Assembly (NCBI GenBank): GCA_964635675.1
Contig: CAZWPT010000016.1
Location: 18,522 to 82,521 of the forward strand
From: an uncultured Nitrososphaerota archaeon
Lineage (GTDB): Archaea; Thermoproteota; EX4484-205; JAAOZP01
Length of the DNA stretch: 64,000 nt
Reading direction: 5' to 3'
Shown in pieces: positions 9,944 through 20,383 of this stretch (the stretch's first letter is position 1; each line of letters begins with the position of its first letter). The notes under the pieces are model-generated. The model made no database searches and was not told the origin of the DNA. It saw nothing but the letters and a program-made list of their open reading frames with translations. Position numbers and translations under genes: made by a program.

Positions 9944-10696
9944 CTAGAATTCTAGGTTTAGCCTTTTTCTTTCGCCAACTATATGCTCAGCAACCTCCGC
10001 CACAGGAGCAACCCATATCTCGTCGCGATGCTTATGCAGGAATCTTAAAAACCCGGAGAGGTCTTCGTAGGAAACAGGCAGGTGCCCCTCGTCAATACCG
10101 TGGAACGTGAATATGGCCCATCTACTCTCGTGAACAGTCTTAACGGTTAAGCCTATCATCTCTTCACACCGCATTCTGTCGGCAGACCATGACCATAGCT
10201 CGTGTAGGTCGCAGGCTAGAGGTGAATTAGAATACCCCTTTTCCCCGGAAGCCCTAGCAGCCAGGAAGATTTCAGCCACAACCGGCACGTAGCTCCGCTT
10301 ATTCAAGCCCCTGCCTACACTGGTTTGGTAACACGGGTATGCGAAGGTCCGGCTACCGCCAAGTATAACCCTTCTTATCCTGTCATGGGCCTCAAGTATG
10401 TCCATGCGAACATCCTCTAGAGTCATGTTCTCCAGCCCTCTGCAACCAGGGTCTCCTGAAAAGTTGCATGAGCAAGGATGCGTAACTGTGTGATTACCTA
10501 TTTCATGACCAAGGTCAGCAATCTTCCTCCATGCTTTCAAAAAATCTCCATACTCTTCCTTAGGGTTTACGTAGAACGTTGCATTAAAGCCGAGCTCCTC
10601 GAGCAGAGGCACGCCTAGATCCAGTTGCGAATGCAAACCATCGTCGAAAGTCAGCGAGACAGCTCCTTTAAAGTCGCCCGGCCAATTAAACCTCAT
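9944..10696 (-). CDS. polysaccharide deacetylase (CE4 / NodB homology domain)
   Basis: 250 aa with the NodB motifs TFDDG and GNHTVTHP. Confidence 0.75.
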   Translation of the reverse strand: MRFNWPGDFKGAVSLTFDDGLHSQLDLGVPLLEELGFNATFYVNPKEEYGDFLKAWRKIADLGHEIGNHTVTHPCSCNFSGDPGCRGLENMTLEDVRMDILEAHDRIRRVILGGSRTFAYPCYQTSVGRGLNKRSYVPVVAEIFLAARASGEKGYSNSPLACDLHELWSWSADRMRCEEMIGLTVKTVHESRWAIFTFHGIDEGHLPVSYEDLSGFLRFLHKHRDEIWVAPVAEVAEHIVGERKRLNLEF

Positions 10697-11025
10697 AACG
10701 CAACATTTTCAAGCATGCTTTAAAAACTTAACCAAGACCTCTGAAAAAACCAGCGTGCGCTAACACATCCAGCCGGCAAGACCCGTATTAAGGCTTCAGA
10801 ACGATTTTTACCAAGCCTTGCTCCTCTTTGCTGAGAAGCATTTCTGAAACCATCACTATAGTCCTCCAGCCCCGAAGTCCTTGCCAATCGCGGCTGACAC
10901 TATTATGGAACGCGGGGGAGGATCGCATTTGAGATAAGCCTGATAGAAAAACGTTTTTTAGAGCGTTTTTAGCTAGTCTCAGGGGCACTGGGTCTGTTCA
11001 GGGCATTCGGGACACGCTTTTCAAC

Positions 11026-11037
11026 AAAATTTATAAC
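11026..11037 (+). promoter_or_regulatory. TATA-box-like element (AAAATTTATAAC) about 30 nt upstream of the FtsX-permease ATG, which would give a leaderless transcript
   Basis: An AT-rich box at the canonical archaeal distance from the start codon, with no SD. Confidence 0.4.
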
Positions 11038-11064
11038 AAGGTTTTTCCATCTACCCCCAGCAAC

Positions 11065-14000
11065 ATGAAATACTGGGGAAACAGTAAAACGATTTTGACT
11101 ATTCCAGTATTAGCATTAACTCTCCTAGCGCTGCCTCTCGAAACCAGTTTTACGGGTTGGCATAATATACATGGGAAACAGGCGTTCTTCCAAACAGGCA
11201 TGGTAATCGATGCCGCAGCCTCACCTGCGGTCTCAATGCGCGTAAAAGTTCTGAACGCTTTAACTGGCGAAGCAATTCCCAACGCTACTTTAATAATTCT
11301 GGATTTAAAGAACCCCAGAAGGCCGGAGGTAGGGCAAAGCATTTTCTTAACGAACATGGATGGAGAGTATAATGTTCCAGAGGAAATTGTAAAACCCGGG
11401 AGGACCTATTGGGTTTACGCCTACAAGGGGAATCTTAAGGAGAAGAGGATGGACTTCGTGCCAGTTAAAAAAGAGATTCGTGTCGGGGAAACCGGCGGTA
11501 TTGAAGTGAACCTTTCACTGGTTCCCGGTGCACTAGTGGAATTGGAAAGCGTTCCATATATTGTTCAAGCATCAAGCCTTCAAGAGGGCAACATGATAAT
11601 AAAAGTCATAGTGAAACAGAAAGGTTTTAATTTCTCGTTAATCACTGACTACGGAGACGCGATAGACGTTTTCTACCTGGGGCTGGACAGGAAAATGATC
11701 CCGGTCCCGTCTGAGACACCTTTCGACCTTGAGGTCAGCGTCTCGCTCGTACTGCGAGAACGCGAGCGAGTATCAGAAATTTTCTACATTATGAACGGGA
11801 CGCAACCCTTCATCATGCCGCAGAGAGGTTACGCATCCGTTAAAATTTCAGAGTATAGTCTAAGAAGGGGCTTAGAGTATGTGAAATCAGCCCTAGTAGG
11901 GGTTTCTTCAAAGGTTGACGAGGCGCAGGAAATCGGGTTCACGGTTTTCGAGGAGAGGCGCACACTGGAGCATGCAAACCAGAAACTGGTGGAGGCCAAC
12001 ACTCTGCTGTCAAACGCGCAAACAGAGGAAGATTTTGAAAAAACATGGTTTACACTCCGAGAAATACTTGGGGAAATAAATTTCGTAGCCACGATGATAG
12101 AAAACAAGTATCTGGTTGGAAAGACTAACGCGGTTTACCTCTCCGCAGTGATCGTGGTATTCAGCACTGTTCTCGCATTCTTCTTCTTTGAAAAAACCAT
12201 GCTAAAAATTGTTTCACTAGCCGTCATCTACGTAGCATTACTGGGAACCATGTACTTTATAAACCCGGGTACTCACGTTGTAATCGATGAAAACCTTCCC
12301 CTCTTCTCCTGGACGGCAGCCGTCTCCTTCATCATAACCTCTACTATTGTCTTCGGCATTCCGCGCATCTGGAAGGAGAGGAATATTGAGGGGGAGGTTC
12401 AATGGAGGAGCGCCATCTCAGTAATATTCTCAATGAGTAAGCGCCAGATAAAACGCAAAAAGATACGTGGCTTCTTCACAATATTTTCAATATGCATGCT
12501 TATTTTAGCGTTCACCGCGCTAACTACCTTCGGAACAGCCTTCGGAATAATCTCTAAAAGAGTGGAGGGAACTCCGTCTTCAGACGGTTTCCTCATAAAG
12601 CGCATGGTTAACAGCTCATCACTGGTCTTCTCCCCTCTGGGAGCAGGGGACGCTCAAGTCCTCCTGAAGATAGTGCCCGCGATTAATGTGGCGCCAAGGA
12701 TGAAAAACGTTCCGCGGTACGACCCGGTTGCCAGAATCATAAACCCGGCCACCGGCAACAGCTACCCTATTCACGGTGTGCTCGCCATATCGCCAGGAAA
12801 CGAAACCGTCTACACGATGCTCGACGAGATGGTTGAAGGCAGTTATTTAAGCGACGAAGCGTATGGTGAAGCAATCTTAGGATTCGGAACGCTAAACAGG
12901 CTAGGCTTAAAAGTAGGCAGCAATGCCACGTTAGAGATACCGGGCACCACGATAATGGAAACCATCGTGATCAAGGGCTTCATCAGGGACGAGGAGTATG
13001 AGAGGCTAACGGATGTTGACGGAAGCCCTCTCGGCCCCGCGCGTCTCCTTCAAGACGGTTCAGTGAGAAGGTGTAACGGTTCAGAGATAATAGTGATTAA
13101 CCTTGAGACTGCGAAGAGAATTCAGGAGAAGATTAACAGTCTCTACGGTGCGAACGCCCCCCAGCTCGTCGTCCCTTCCGAGATACTTTTCAGGCTGAGA
13201 GACTCGGAAGACGCGGGAGCAGTTGTCAGAAGCATTATTTTCTTCTTCAACTACGACGTCTTCGTCTCATCTAAAGGCGTAGTGAACTACTACTATATTG
13301 GTTCATACATAGAGTTCGGCGGGGCTGCGGAGCTGCTGATTCCACTAGTGATGGTTGTCTTAAGCATAGGCATGGTTATGGTCAACAGTGTCTACGAGCG
13401 TGAAAGAGAAATAAAGACTCTTTCAACACTCGGGTTAAACCCGACGCACATAGGATTAATGTTCGTGGCTGAAGCAATAATAATGGGGATGGTTGGAGGA
13501 AGCATCGGATACTTAACGGGATTAGGCTTCTACAGAACCATGGTTTTCATAGGGCAGAACCTTTTAGAAAACCTCATGGTTAGAGAGAAACTGGAATGGT
13601 GGTGGAGCGCGCTGGGATTTGTTTTCGCAGTAGCCGTCTCAGTATTCTCGGCTGCAAGACCTGCAGCCCTAGCTATCCGCACGTACACGCCCTCGATGGT
13701 GAAGAGGGTCAGGAGAACGGAGGAACAGCGGAAGGAGCGGAAGGAGAAAATATTCAGGGTTTACCAGGCGAGAAGCGTCAGCATGCCTGTGAAAATACTC
13801 GCTAACGAGAAGGACTTCTTCACAGGCTTCCTCATCGACCACTTAAACCAGTTGAGAACAGGCTATAAGGAGAGAATCGAGAACGTTGAGGATGTTCCGG
13901 AAGTAGCGGATTCTAAAGGCGTGCTTACGAAAACCGTAAGATTCAACTATTATGTGGGACCGGTGGGGAGCAGGAACGGGACGAAGAATAGCTTGGTTTT

Positions 14001-14160
14001 AACCAAGACCCCGGCCGAGGAATACTACAGGGTTACACTTGTTACGGAGCCAACATCGCCAGGGATTCCGGAAAGCACGATAGATAGAGCGGTTGAATAC
14101 GTCCATTGGATTCTAATGCTATGGGTTAAGGAGAAGAAGAGAATAATGGGTTCGGCTTAA
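11065..14160 (+). CDS. FtsX/MacB-type ABC transporter permease-like giant membrane protein (8 TM, two large extracytoplasmic domains)
   Basis: 1031 aa with an N-terminal signal/TM, a roughly 320-aa extracytoplasmic domain, 3 TM, a second roughly 260-aa loop and 3 more TM. It carries the FtsX core motif EREREIKTLSTLGLNPTHIGLMFVAEAIIMGMVGGSIGYLTG and a roughly 150-aa cytoplasmic tail. No ABC ATPase gene is adjacent. Confidence 0.55.
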   Translation: MKYWGNSKTILTIPVLALTLLALPLETSFTGWHNIHGKQAFFQTGMVIDAAASPAVSMRVKVLNALTGEAIPNATLIILDLKNPRRPEVGQSIFLTNMDGEYNVPEEIVKPGRTYWVYAYKGNLKEKRMDFVPVKKEIRVGETGGIEVNLSLVPGALVELESVPYIVQASSLQEGNMIIKVIVKQKGFNFSLITDYGDAIDVFYLGLDRKMIPVPSETPFDLEVSVSLVLRERERVSEIFYIMNGTQPFIMPQRGYASVKISEYSLRRGLEYVKSALVGVSSKVDEAQEIGFTVFEERRTLEHANQKLVEANTLLSNAQTEEDFEKTWFTLREILGEINFVATMIENKYLVGKTNAVYLSAVIVVFSTVLAFFFFEKTMLKIVSLAVIYVALLGTMYFINPGTHVVIDENLPLFSWTAAVSFIITSTIVFGIPRIWKERNIEGEVQWRSAISVIFSMSKRQIKRKKIRGFFTIFSICMLILAFTALTTFGTAFGIISKRVEGTPSSDGFLIKRMVNSSSLVFSPLGAGDAQVLLKIVPAINVAPRMKNVPRYDPVARIINPATGNSYPIHGVLAISPGNETVYTMLDEMVEGSYLSDEAYGEAILGFGTLNRLGLKVGSNATLEIPGTTIMETIVIKGFIRDEEYERLTDVDGSPLGPARLLQDGSVRRCNGSEIIVINLETAKRIQEKINSLYGANAPQLVVPSEILFRLRDSEDAGAVVRSIIFFFNYDVFVSSKGVVNYYYIGSYIEFGGAAELLIPLVMVVLSIGMVMVNSVYEREREIKTLSTLGLNPTHIGLMFVAEAIIMGMVGGSIGYLTGLGFYRTMVFIGQNLLENLMVREKLEWWWSALGFVFAVAVSVFSAARPAALAIRTYTPSMVKRVRRTEEQRKERKEKIFRVYQARSVSMPVKILANEKDFFTGFLIDHLNQLRTGYKERIENVEDVPEVADSKGVLTKTVRFNYYVGPVGSRNGTKNSLVLTKTPAEEYYRVTLVTEPTSPGIPESTIDRAVEYVHWILMLWVKEKKRIMGSA

Positions 14161-14318
14161 CACAAGCAGCATAGCGTTCAAGTCGATTTTTAAACCCTCT
14201 GTGTCAAAGGCCTCAAAAGGTGGCTGAAGGCTTTATAAATCATCATAGTCGTTAACCCCAAGCTTCAAAAACCCGTGGGTAAAGAAGGTATAAATTTAAG
14301 CTTAGCACAGAAAACCTC

Positions 14319-15842
14319 GTGAACAAAGCTCCATACATCGTTGGAGTTGACCTTGGCACTTCATCCTGTAAGACTGTCGTCTTCACTCTAGACGGCAAGA
14401 CAGTTGCTTCCGCTTCCAGAGAATACCCGATTATTCAGCCTGAGCCAAGGTGGGCGGAGCAGAACCCTCTAGAATGGTGGAGAGCAGCTGTCGAAACCAT
14501 ATTGGAAAGCCTTAAGAAAGGAGGTGTAAGAGGCGAGGAGATAGTCGGTCTGGCTGTTGACTCTCAGAGAGAAGTTGTAGTGCCGATTGGGAACGATGGG
14601 GAAGTACTGTACAATGGTATAATATGGCTCGACGGAAGGACCGGCCCCCAGACGGAGAGGATGAGGAGACTGCTTGACCAGCGGGATGTTCTACGTATAA
14701 CAGGCGTAGGGATAAACCCTGTTTTCTCAGCATCCAAGATTCTATGGCTTAAGGAAAACAATCCAAGCGTCTTTTCTAAGACTAAAGTCTTCCTTTCAGC
14801 GAAGGATTTCATAATTTACAAGCTGACCGGGGAGAAAGTAATTGATTACTCCATGGCCTCGAGAACAATGCTTTTCGACATTAGGAGGAAAAAATGGTCA
14901 GCCGAAATATGCTCAGCCCTCGGCATACCTTTAGATAAGCTTCCCACACCCTTGGAATCCAGCGTTGTCGTAGGAGAAGTATCTTCTAAGGCCTCAGATG
15001 AAACGTCTCTCCCGAGAGGCCTACCGGTTGTGAACGGTGGAGGAGACAGACCCTGCGAATGTCTTGGGGCAGGAGTTATTCAGGAGGGGGATGTAAACGT
15101 AGGTACTGGGACGGGGTCTGCCTTCGAAGCACCTTTGAGCGAGCCGCGCCCTGATTTGAAGGGGAGGATTAGCTGCTGCTGTCACGTGATGCCTGATATG
15201 TGGGAGTATGAGGCAGCAATCTCAACGACGGGTGGTGCTCTACGCTGGTTCAAGGATGTTTTCGGAGAGAAGGAGAGGGCTGAGGCTGAGAGAACCGGTA
15301 GGGACCCATATGATCTGCTGCTCAACACCGCTTCTGAAACAAACCCTGGTGCGGACGGCCTAATGTTCTATCCCTATTTAGCCGGTTCTTTCCCGCCGAG
15401 GGTTGACGGTAGAGCCCGCGCCGTATTCTTCGGCATCAGCCTCTTCCACTCTAAAGGACATTTTGTTAGAGCCATATTAGAGGGGGTTGCCTACCATTAC
15501 ATCGTCATGCTCGAGCTCCTAGAGGAGCTCGGCCTTCATATAGTTGATATAAGCATGGTCGGCGGAGAGACGAGGAGCGATTTCTGGAACCAGCTTAAGG
15601 CAGACGCAACCGGTAGGAGAATAAGGATTCCTGAGGTTGAGGATGCAGCCGCTATGGGAGCAGCCCTGCTTGCGGGAATCGGCACGGGTCAGTATGCGAG
15701 TGTGAAAAAGGCTGTTGAATCGGCAGTGAAAACAAGAAGAATATACGTACCTAATGCTGGGAATCATTCCACCTATTTAAAGCTGTACGAGAAATATGAA
15801 GCAATATACGCGTTGATCTCGAAGGGATATGATGTTTACTAG
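14319..15842 (+). CDS. FGGY-family carbohydrate kinase (xylulokinase/ribulokinase-like)
   Basis: 507 aa with an FGGY N-terminal domain (YIVGVDLGTSSCKTVVF) and a C-terminal FGGY domain (ISMVGGETRSDFWNQLKADATG). The start is GTG. Confidence 0.8.
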   Translation: MNKAPYIVGVDLGTSSCKTVVFTLDGKTVASASREYPIIQPEPRWAEQNPLEWWRAAVETILESLKKGGVRGEEIVGLAVDSQREVVVPIGNDGEVLYNGIIWLDGRTGPQTERMRRLLDQRDVLRITGVGINPVFSASKILWLKENNPSVFSKTKVFLSAKDFIIYKLTGEKVIDYSMASRTMLFDIRRKKWSAEICSALGIPLDKLPTPLESSVVVGEVSSKASDETSLPRGLPVVNGGGDRPCECLGAGVIQEGDVNVGTGTGSAFEAPLSEPRPDLKGRISCCCHVMPDMWEYEAAISTTGGALRWFKDVFGEKERAEAERTGRDPYDLLLNTASETNPGADGLMFYPYLAGSFPPRVDGRARAVFFGISLFHSKGHFVRAILEGVAYHYIVMLELLEELGLHIVDISMVGGETRSDFWNQLKADATGRRIRIPEVEDAAAMGAALLAGIGTGQYASVKKAVESAVKTRRIYVPNAGNHSTYLKLYEKYEAIYALISKGYDVY

Positions 15843-16119
15843 CAACCATGCTTATAGCTGCGCGCGCTATCGTCGATGCTCTATTGTAAGACACTTACAA
15901 CCCTTTTTTCAATGAGATGAATGTTGACTTCACCCCTGTTATCCTGAAGTCTGCAAAATCATCGCTCCCCAGCTGTAAGAATTCAAATAGTTCTAACTTC
16001 ACCCAATCCGACGTATCAGCTGTTTAAACGCTTTTATAACAGTTACCCAGTTTTCCGTTGAAGAAAACAATAGCAACCAAAAGCATTAATATTACTATCG
16101 TGACTATGTTTCAACCATC

Positions 16120-17454
16120 ATGATTGAAGACAGAGCTGTTGAGCTTCACAGGAAGTATGGTGGCAAGATCCAAGTTATTCCAAAGGTACCTATTAAAAAC
16201 TTTGAAGACTTCTCCATATGGTATACTCCGGGAGTTGCCTCTCCATGCAGACTTATATCCTCCGATAAAGACCTTTCGTTCGAATTAACATCCAGATGGA
16301 ACCTGGTCGCCGTGGTTAGTGACGGCAGCAGGGTTCTTGGCCTTGGGAACATTGGGCCCTACGCTGGCTATCCGGTTATTGAGGGAAAATGCCTCCTCTT
16401 CAAGTTTCTGGGAGGCGTCGACGCTGTTCCAATAGCCTTAGCGACGCAAGATGCGGATAAGATAATAGAGATAGTTAGGCTGCTTTCACCATCTTTTGGC
16501 GGAATAAACCTTGAGGACATTGAAAGCCCGAAATGCTTCCAGATACTTGAAACCCTTCAAAAATCTCTGGAGATACCTGTTTGGCACGATGATCAACAGG
16601 GCACCTCGCTAGTGGTTTTGGCAGCGTTAATCAACGCGCTTAAAATCGTTGGGAAAAGGCTGGAGGAGGCTAAGATCACGATAATAGGCTCTGGAGCTGC
16701 AGGAATGGCTACTGCAAGGCTGTTGATGGAGGCAGGGGTGAGTGGAAGAAACATGCTGATTGTTGACAGCAAAGGGATTTTAAGCTCTTCAAGACCCGAT
16801 ATGGAAAAACTATCAATATTAAACCCTTGGAAGGCAGAGTTAGCTAGAAGGACAAATTTTGAGAATAGGGAAGGGAGTGCTGAGGACGCTGTGAAGGATT
16901 CGGACGTCTTAATCGCGCTGTCAGTGCCGAAGCCAGGTACAGTTAAGAAAGAATGGGTAAGTAAGATGGCTGGAGACCCGATAGTCTTCGCACTGGCAAA
17001 CCCTCTCCCCGAAATATGGCCTGAGGATGCTAAGGCTGGAGGCGCTAGAATCGTTGCTACAGGCAGGAGCGACTTTCCAAACCAGGTTAACAACAGTTTA
17101 GCCTTCCCCTCGGTGTTCAGAGGAGTTTTAACAGTAAGATCTAGAGCAATAACTAATCAGCTTTGCATAGAGGGCGCTAGGTCACTAGCCCGTTACGCTG
17201 AAAGCAAGGGTTTGAGCGAGAGCAGCATACTGCCGACAATGGATGATTATATGGCTTATGTTGAAGTGGCGCGAAACGTTGCGAGAAAAGCTATTGAACT
17301 AAACCTGGCAAGGAGAAAATATTCCGACAACGAGCTGTACGACGCGATACATTCAATAATAGCGTATCAAAGGGTTTTAATGAGAAGCATGATTAAAAGC
17401 GGGTTGGCAGGCGAATATCAGCCTAACACCCCGAGTGTGGCTGCAGATGAGTAG
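16120..17454 (+). CDS. NAD(P)-dependent malic enzyme (malate dehydrogenase, decarboxylating)
   Basis: 444 aa with a classic malic-enzyme N-terminus (HRKYGGKIQVIPKVPIKNFEDFSIWYTPGVA) and the Rossmann motif IIGSGAAGMA. Confidence 0.9.
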   Translation: MIEDRAVELHRKYGGKIQVIPKVPIKNFEDFSIWYTPGVASPCRLISSDKDLSFELTSRWNLVAVVSDGSRVLGLGNIGPYAGYPVIEGKCLLFKFLGGVDAVPIALATQDADKIIEIVRLLSPSFGGINLEDIESPKCFQILETLQKSLEIPVWHDDQQGTSLVVLAALINALKIVGKRLEEAKITIIGSGAAGMATARLLMEAGVSGRNMLIVDSKGILSSSRPDMEKLSILNPWKAELARRTNFENREGSAEDAVKDSDVLIALSVPKPGTVKKEWVSKMAGDPIVFALANPLPEIWPEDAKAGGARIVATGRSDFPNQVNNSLAFPSVFRGVLTVRSRAITNQLCIEGARSLARYAESKGLSESSILPTMDDYMAYVEVARNVARKAIELNLARRKYSDNELYDAIHSIIAYQRVLMRSMIKSGLAGEYQPNTPSVAADE

Positions 17455-17893
17455 CTTGAACGAGGATAAGCGCAGGTTAAGCGTATGGACAATAGGGCAT
17501 GGAGGCCTTTCAAAAGACTCTTTCTTAAGCCTATTGAAGAAGCATAAGATCAACCTGCTGGTGGATGTCCGCAGGTTCCCAACCTCTAGGCTTGAGCATT
17601 TTCGCCGAGAAAGCCTGGAGAAATGGCTTCCCAAAGAAGGCATTGGATACTTGTGGCTTGGAGAAGAGCTTGGAGGCTACCGTCGAGGAGGCTATGAGAA
17701 ACACATGGAGACCAAGGTTTTTAAAGAGGGGATTAGGAGGCTTCTGGAACTGGCAAGGCATGGAAGGACATGCATAATGTGTCTGGAAACGGATCCAAAA
17801 TACTGCCATAGAAGGTTTATAGCATCATATTTAAGAAAAAGCGGAGCCAGAATACTCCACATAACAAGGGGTTATAAAGCAGCCGGAGATTAG
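17435..17893 (+). CDS. DUF488-family protein
   Basis: 152 aa. The pattern WTIGHG...LVDVRRFPTSR...GIGYLWLGEELGG...CIMCLETDPKYCHRRFIASYL matches DUF488 conservation. It overlaps the malic enzyme 3' end by 20 nt. Confidence 0.6.
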   Translation: MWLQMSSLNEDKRRLSVWTIGHGGLSKDSFLSLLKKHKINLLVDVRRFPTSRLEHFRRESLEKWLPKEGIGYLWLGEELGGYRRGGYEKHMETKVFKEGIRRLLELARHGRTCIMCLETDPKYCHRRFIASYLRKSGARILHITRGYKAAGD

Positions 17894-17963
17894 CCTACCT
17901 GGATTTCCAGGATTAAAACCTTCGGATACTAGTAAAAACGGGCTTGCCTCCAAAATCTTCTGA

Positions 17964-18788
17964 TCACAGCTCTACCGTAAGCCCGTCGTAAGCAACTTCA
18001 ACGTTTTTGGGCTTTAGCCTCTCGACCAGTTCTTCATGCAGCAAGCCGCCGTTGTGTGAAAAATGCGTGGCGACAAACACTGTTTCACCATTCGCAATCC
18101 CCCTCCTCACCATCTCGTCTTTAACCCTTAATACACCGTCGATGCCCATGTGGTACTTGACTTGAGGCAAGGGGCCATGCGTGCAATCCAGTATCACTAG
18201 ATCCAGCTTAAAATTCTCAAGATGCCTCCATGTCTCCTCTGGAAACCATCCTGAATCATGCCCGTGTAAAACAGTTGTTTTCCAATCCGATACTACGTAG
18301 ATTAAGCATTGCTCCGTTTCCGAATGGTCTGCGAGCAACGGGGTAACTAAGTATCCTCCAGCTTTGAACTCTTTAAACGGTTCAACAACATGAGCCTCCA
18401 CCACACCCTTCAACCTCCCGTTCGTCGAAGAGTCTAATTCCCGAATCTTACTGTAGACAGCAGTATTCCCGTAGACATGAAGAACCTCCTCGTTCAAAAG
18501 CTTCGCGAAGGGCTTTGACCTCATGCAGAACTCTTCAAAATAGAAATGGTCCTGATGAGTATGGGTGACGAGAAGATTCTTAACATCAGCCAGCTCAATC
18601 CCATGCTTAAGGACATGATGATACGTGTCCGGCGGGAAGTCGATCTTCAAATCATTGTTTACCAGCGTTGAAGACCTTGTCCTCACGTTTCTACCATCAG
18701 CATTTCTTGCCCTCCTGCAATTCGCACACTGGCAAAACACCGCCGGCCACCCCTCGGCCGCGCCTGTCCCCAGGAACATGACCCTCAT
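17964..18788 (-). CDS. MBL-fold metallo-hydrolase (PhnP-like)
   Basis: 274 aa with HxHxDH (VTHTHQDHFYF) and an N-terminal Cys cluster CQCANC. Confidence 0.65.
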   Translation of the reverse strand: MRVMFLGTGAAEGWPAVFCQCANCRRARNADGRNVRTRSSTLVNNDLKIDFPPDTYHHVLKHGIELADVKNLLVTHTHQDHFYFEEFCMRSKPFAKLLNEEVLHVYGNTAVYSKIRELDSSTNGRLKGVVEAHVVEPFKEFKAGGYLVTPLLADHSETEQCLIYVVSDWKTTVLHGHDSGWFPEETWRHLENFKLDLVILDCTHGPLPQVKYHMGIDGVLRVKDEMVRRGIANGETVFVATHFSHNGGLLHEELVERLKPKNVEVAYDGLTVEL

Positions 18789-18857
18789 ATTTCGACCCCG
18801 AAGCCCCTAGTAGGTGTATATAGGCTTACAGTTAACGAGCTCAGCCATTAGCCAGCA

Positions 18858-20324
18858 TTAAGAATAGTTAGGCATACGGTTTTGTAAACGTCTTTCACCG
18901 TGAGGATTTAAATGGGGTTTTGCCTTCTCATGGGAGAGAACCCTCAACTCATAAGTCCATGCATCATAGTAAAGGTTTCCTCCTCTCCACTCAACCTCTC
19001 CGCGCTGATTATCCACAGTATCCGACCTGAAATGAGCTTTGGGAGGAATAAAGTTGGGGGAGATATCCGTGTTAGCCACAAGCCTATAGTGGTCGATATT
19101 CCCAAAATAGAACCTACGGTATTTCTCGATGGTTCTAAAATGGCCTCCGAACGACGGGTCTGCGTAAAGCCACCCGTAGGGTTCTACGTAGAACTGGGCC
19201 CAATCATGCGGGCTTGGCTTAACCGGATTAAGATACCATCCTGACTGCCACCTGGCTGGAACCCCGCTTATCCTGCAGAGAGTTATGAATAGCAAGGCTT
19301 GAACCCCGCAGTCCCCTCTAAGGTTTCTCGCAGCATAATCGCTGATGCATTCCATCGTCGAGTATTCCGGCACTAGGGCGTAACTAACGTTTTCAGTTAT
19401 CCACCCGTATATGCACCAAGCCTTAAGATACGGGTTTGACTCCCCGGAGACAAGCTCGTCTGCAAGCCTTCTCAGATACGGGGTGAAAACTATATGGGGC
19501 GGAGCCTCAGAAGTGTATTTTCTGTAGGACTCGTCCTCAACGTATGGACCTATCTTCTCGGGTTTTACCTCGACATAAGCTGCGTTAACCGCATACTCGT
19601 ATTCAACGCTGAATTCAAGCCCCTCGCCCCTGGCAGACTTTTTCTCGAAATATATTGTTCTCTGTGGAGCATCCTCTGGAGCTATAACATGCTTCTCTGG
19701 GACTGTTGACACGAGCCTGACAACCGGTTGCAACAGGCTCCTTTGAGGAAAAGGCATCCAGACCCTTACAGTTTCACCGTTAGGAACAACGTCAGGCTTA
19801 ACTCTCAACACCATCGAAACTCTGTTCCATACCGGCTCAAAATATCTGGCGTCGGAGCCTCCTCTAAGAATCACGGTGTCCAAGTGTTCAAACAGCATGC
19901 TCGTAATCCTATCAGCATCTTCCACTGCTCTCAGCCTACTCCTAATCTCCATCCTTTCCCTAACGAGATTAGGCAGAAAGTTTCTGAAGATTCTTGTCTC
20001 CCCCTCCATCCTAATGTGGTCTATGAACCCTTTCTTAACCCATTCGTTGAATTCATCCCTAGTCAAATCCGGAATCCGCTCCCTAAGAGAAACGAAAGCC
20101 TCTTCTTCGGAAAGTGAATAATCCCACTTGACCCTCCGAATTCTTTCCAATTCCCATTCCAGTCTGGATTTCAGAAGCCCTGGAAGCCGCCTCCCCTCAC
20201 CCAGGATCTGGTTTATTGTGGTTACTGCTTCTTCGAAAAGTCCGTCCTCCTCTAGGCGTCGAACCCTATCCGGCAGACCAGCCGTCAAAAACTCGTTTTC
20301 CAGAGCATCCGTTTTTCGCAACAC
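18858..20324 (-). CDS. transglutaminase-like superfamily protein
   Basis: 488 aa. The transglutaminase core Cys region GDCGVQALLFITLCRISGVPARWQSGWY is followed by His and Asp (PHDWAQFY..YADPS). Confidence 0.65.
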   Translation of the reverse strand: MLRKTDALENEFLTAGLPDRVRRLEEDGLFEEAVTTINQILGEGRRLPGLLKSRLEWELERIRRVKWDYSLSEEEAFVSLRERIPDLTRDEFNEWVKKGFIDHIRMEGETRIFRNFLPNLVRERMEIRSRLRAVEDADRITSMLFEHLDTVILRGGSDARYFEPVWNRVSMVLRVKPDVVPNGETVRVWMPFPQRSLLQPVVRLVSTVPEKHVIAPEDAPQRTIYFEKKSARGEGLEFSVEYEYAVNAAYVEVKPEKIGPYVEDESYRKYTSEAPPHIVFTPYLRRLADELVSGESNPYLKAWCIYGWITENVSYALVPEYSTMECISDYAARNLRGDCGVQALLFITLCRISGVPARWQSGWYLNPVKPSPHDWAQFYVEPYGWLYADPSFGGHFRTIEKYRRFYFGNIDHYRLVANTDISPNFIPPKAHFRSDTVDNQRGEVEWRGGNLYYDAWTYELRVLSHEKAKPHLNPHGERRLQNRMPNYS

Positions 20325-20383
20325 TGCTTAGCTTAAAGCGCAGAGGAATATTTAGGCATTAAGGCAGACATAGCTAAATCCTT

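Noticed and set aside
10788-10988. 66-aa ORF in the 368-nt intergenic region upstream of the FtsX permease gene
   Set aside because: It has no start context, and its composition resembles non-coding AT/GC-mixed spacer. It is more likely a promoter or UTR region, so it is not called.
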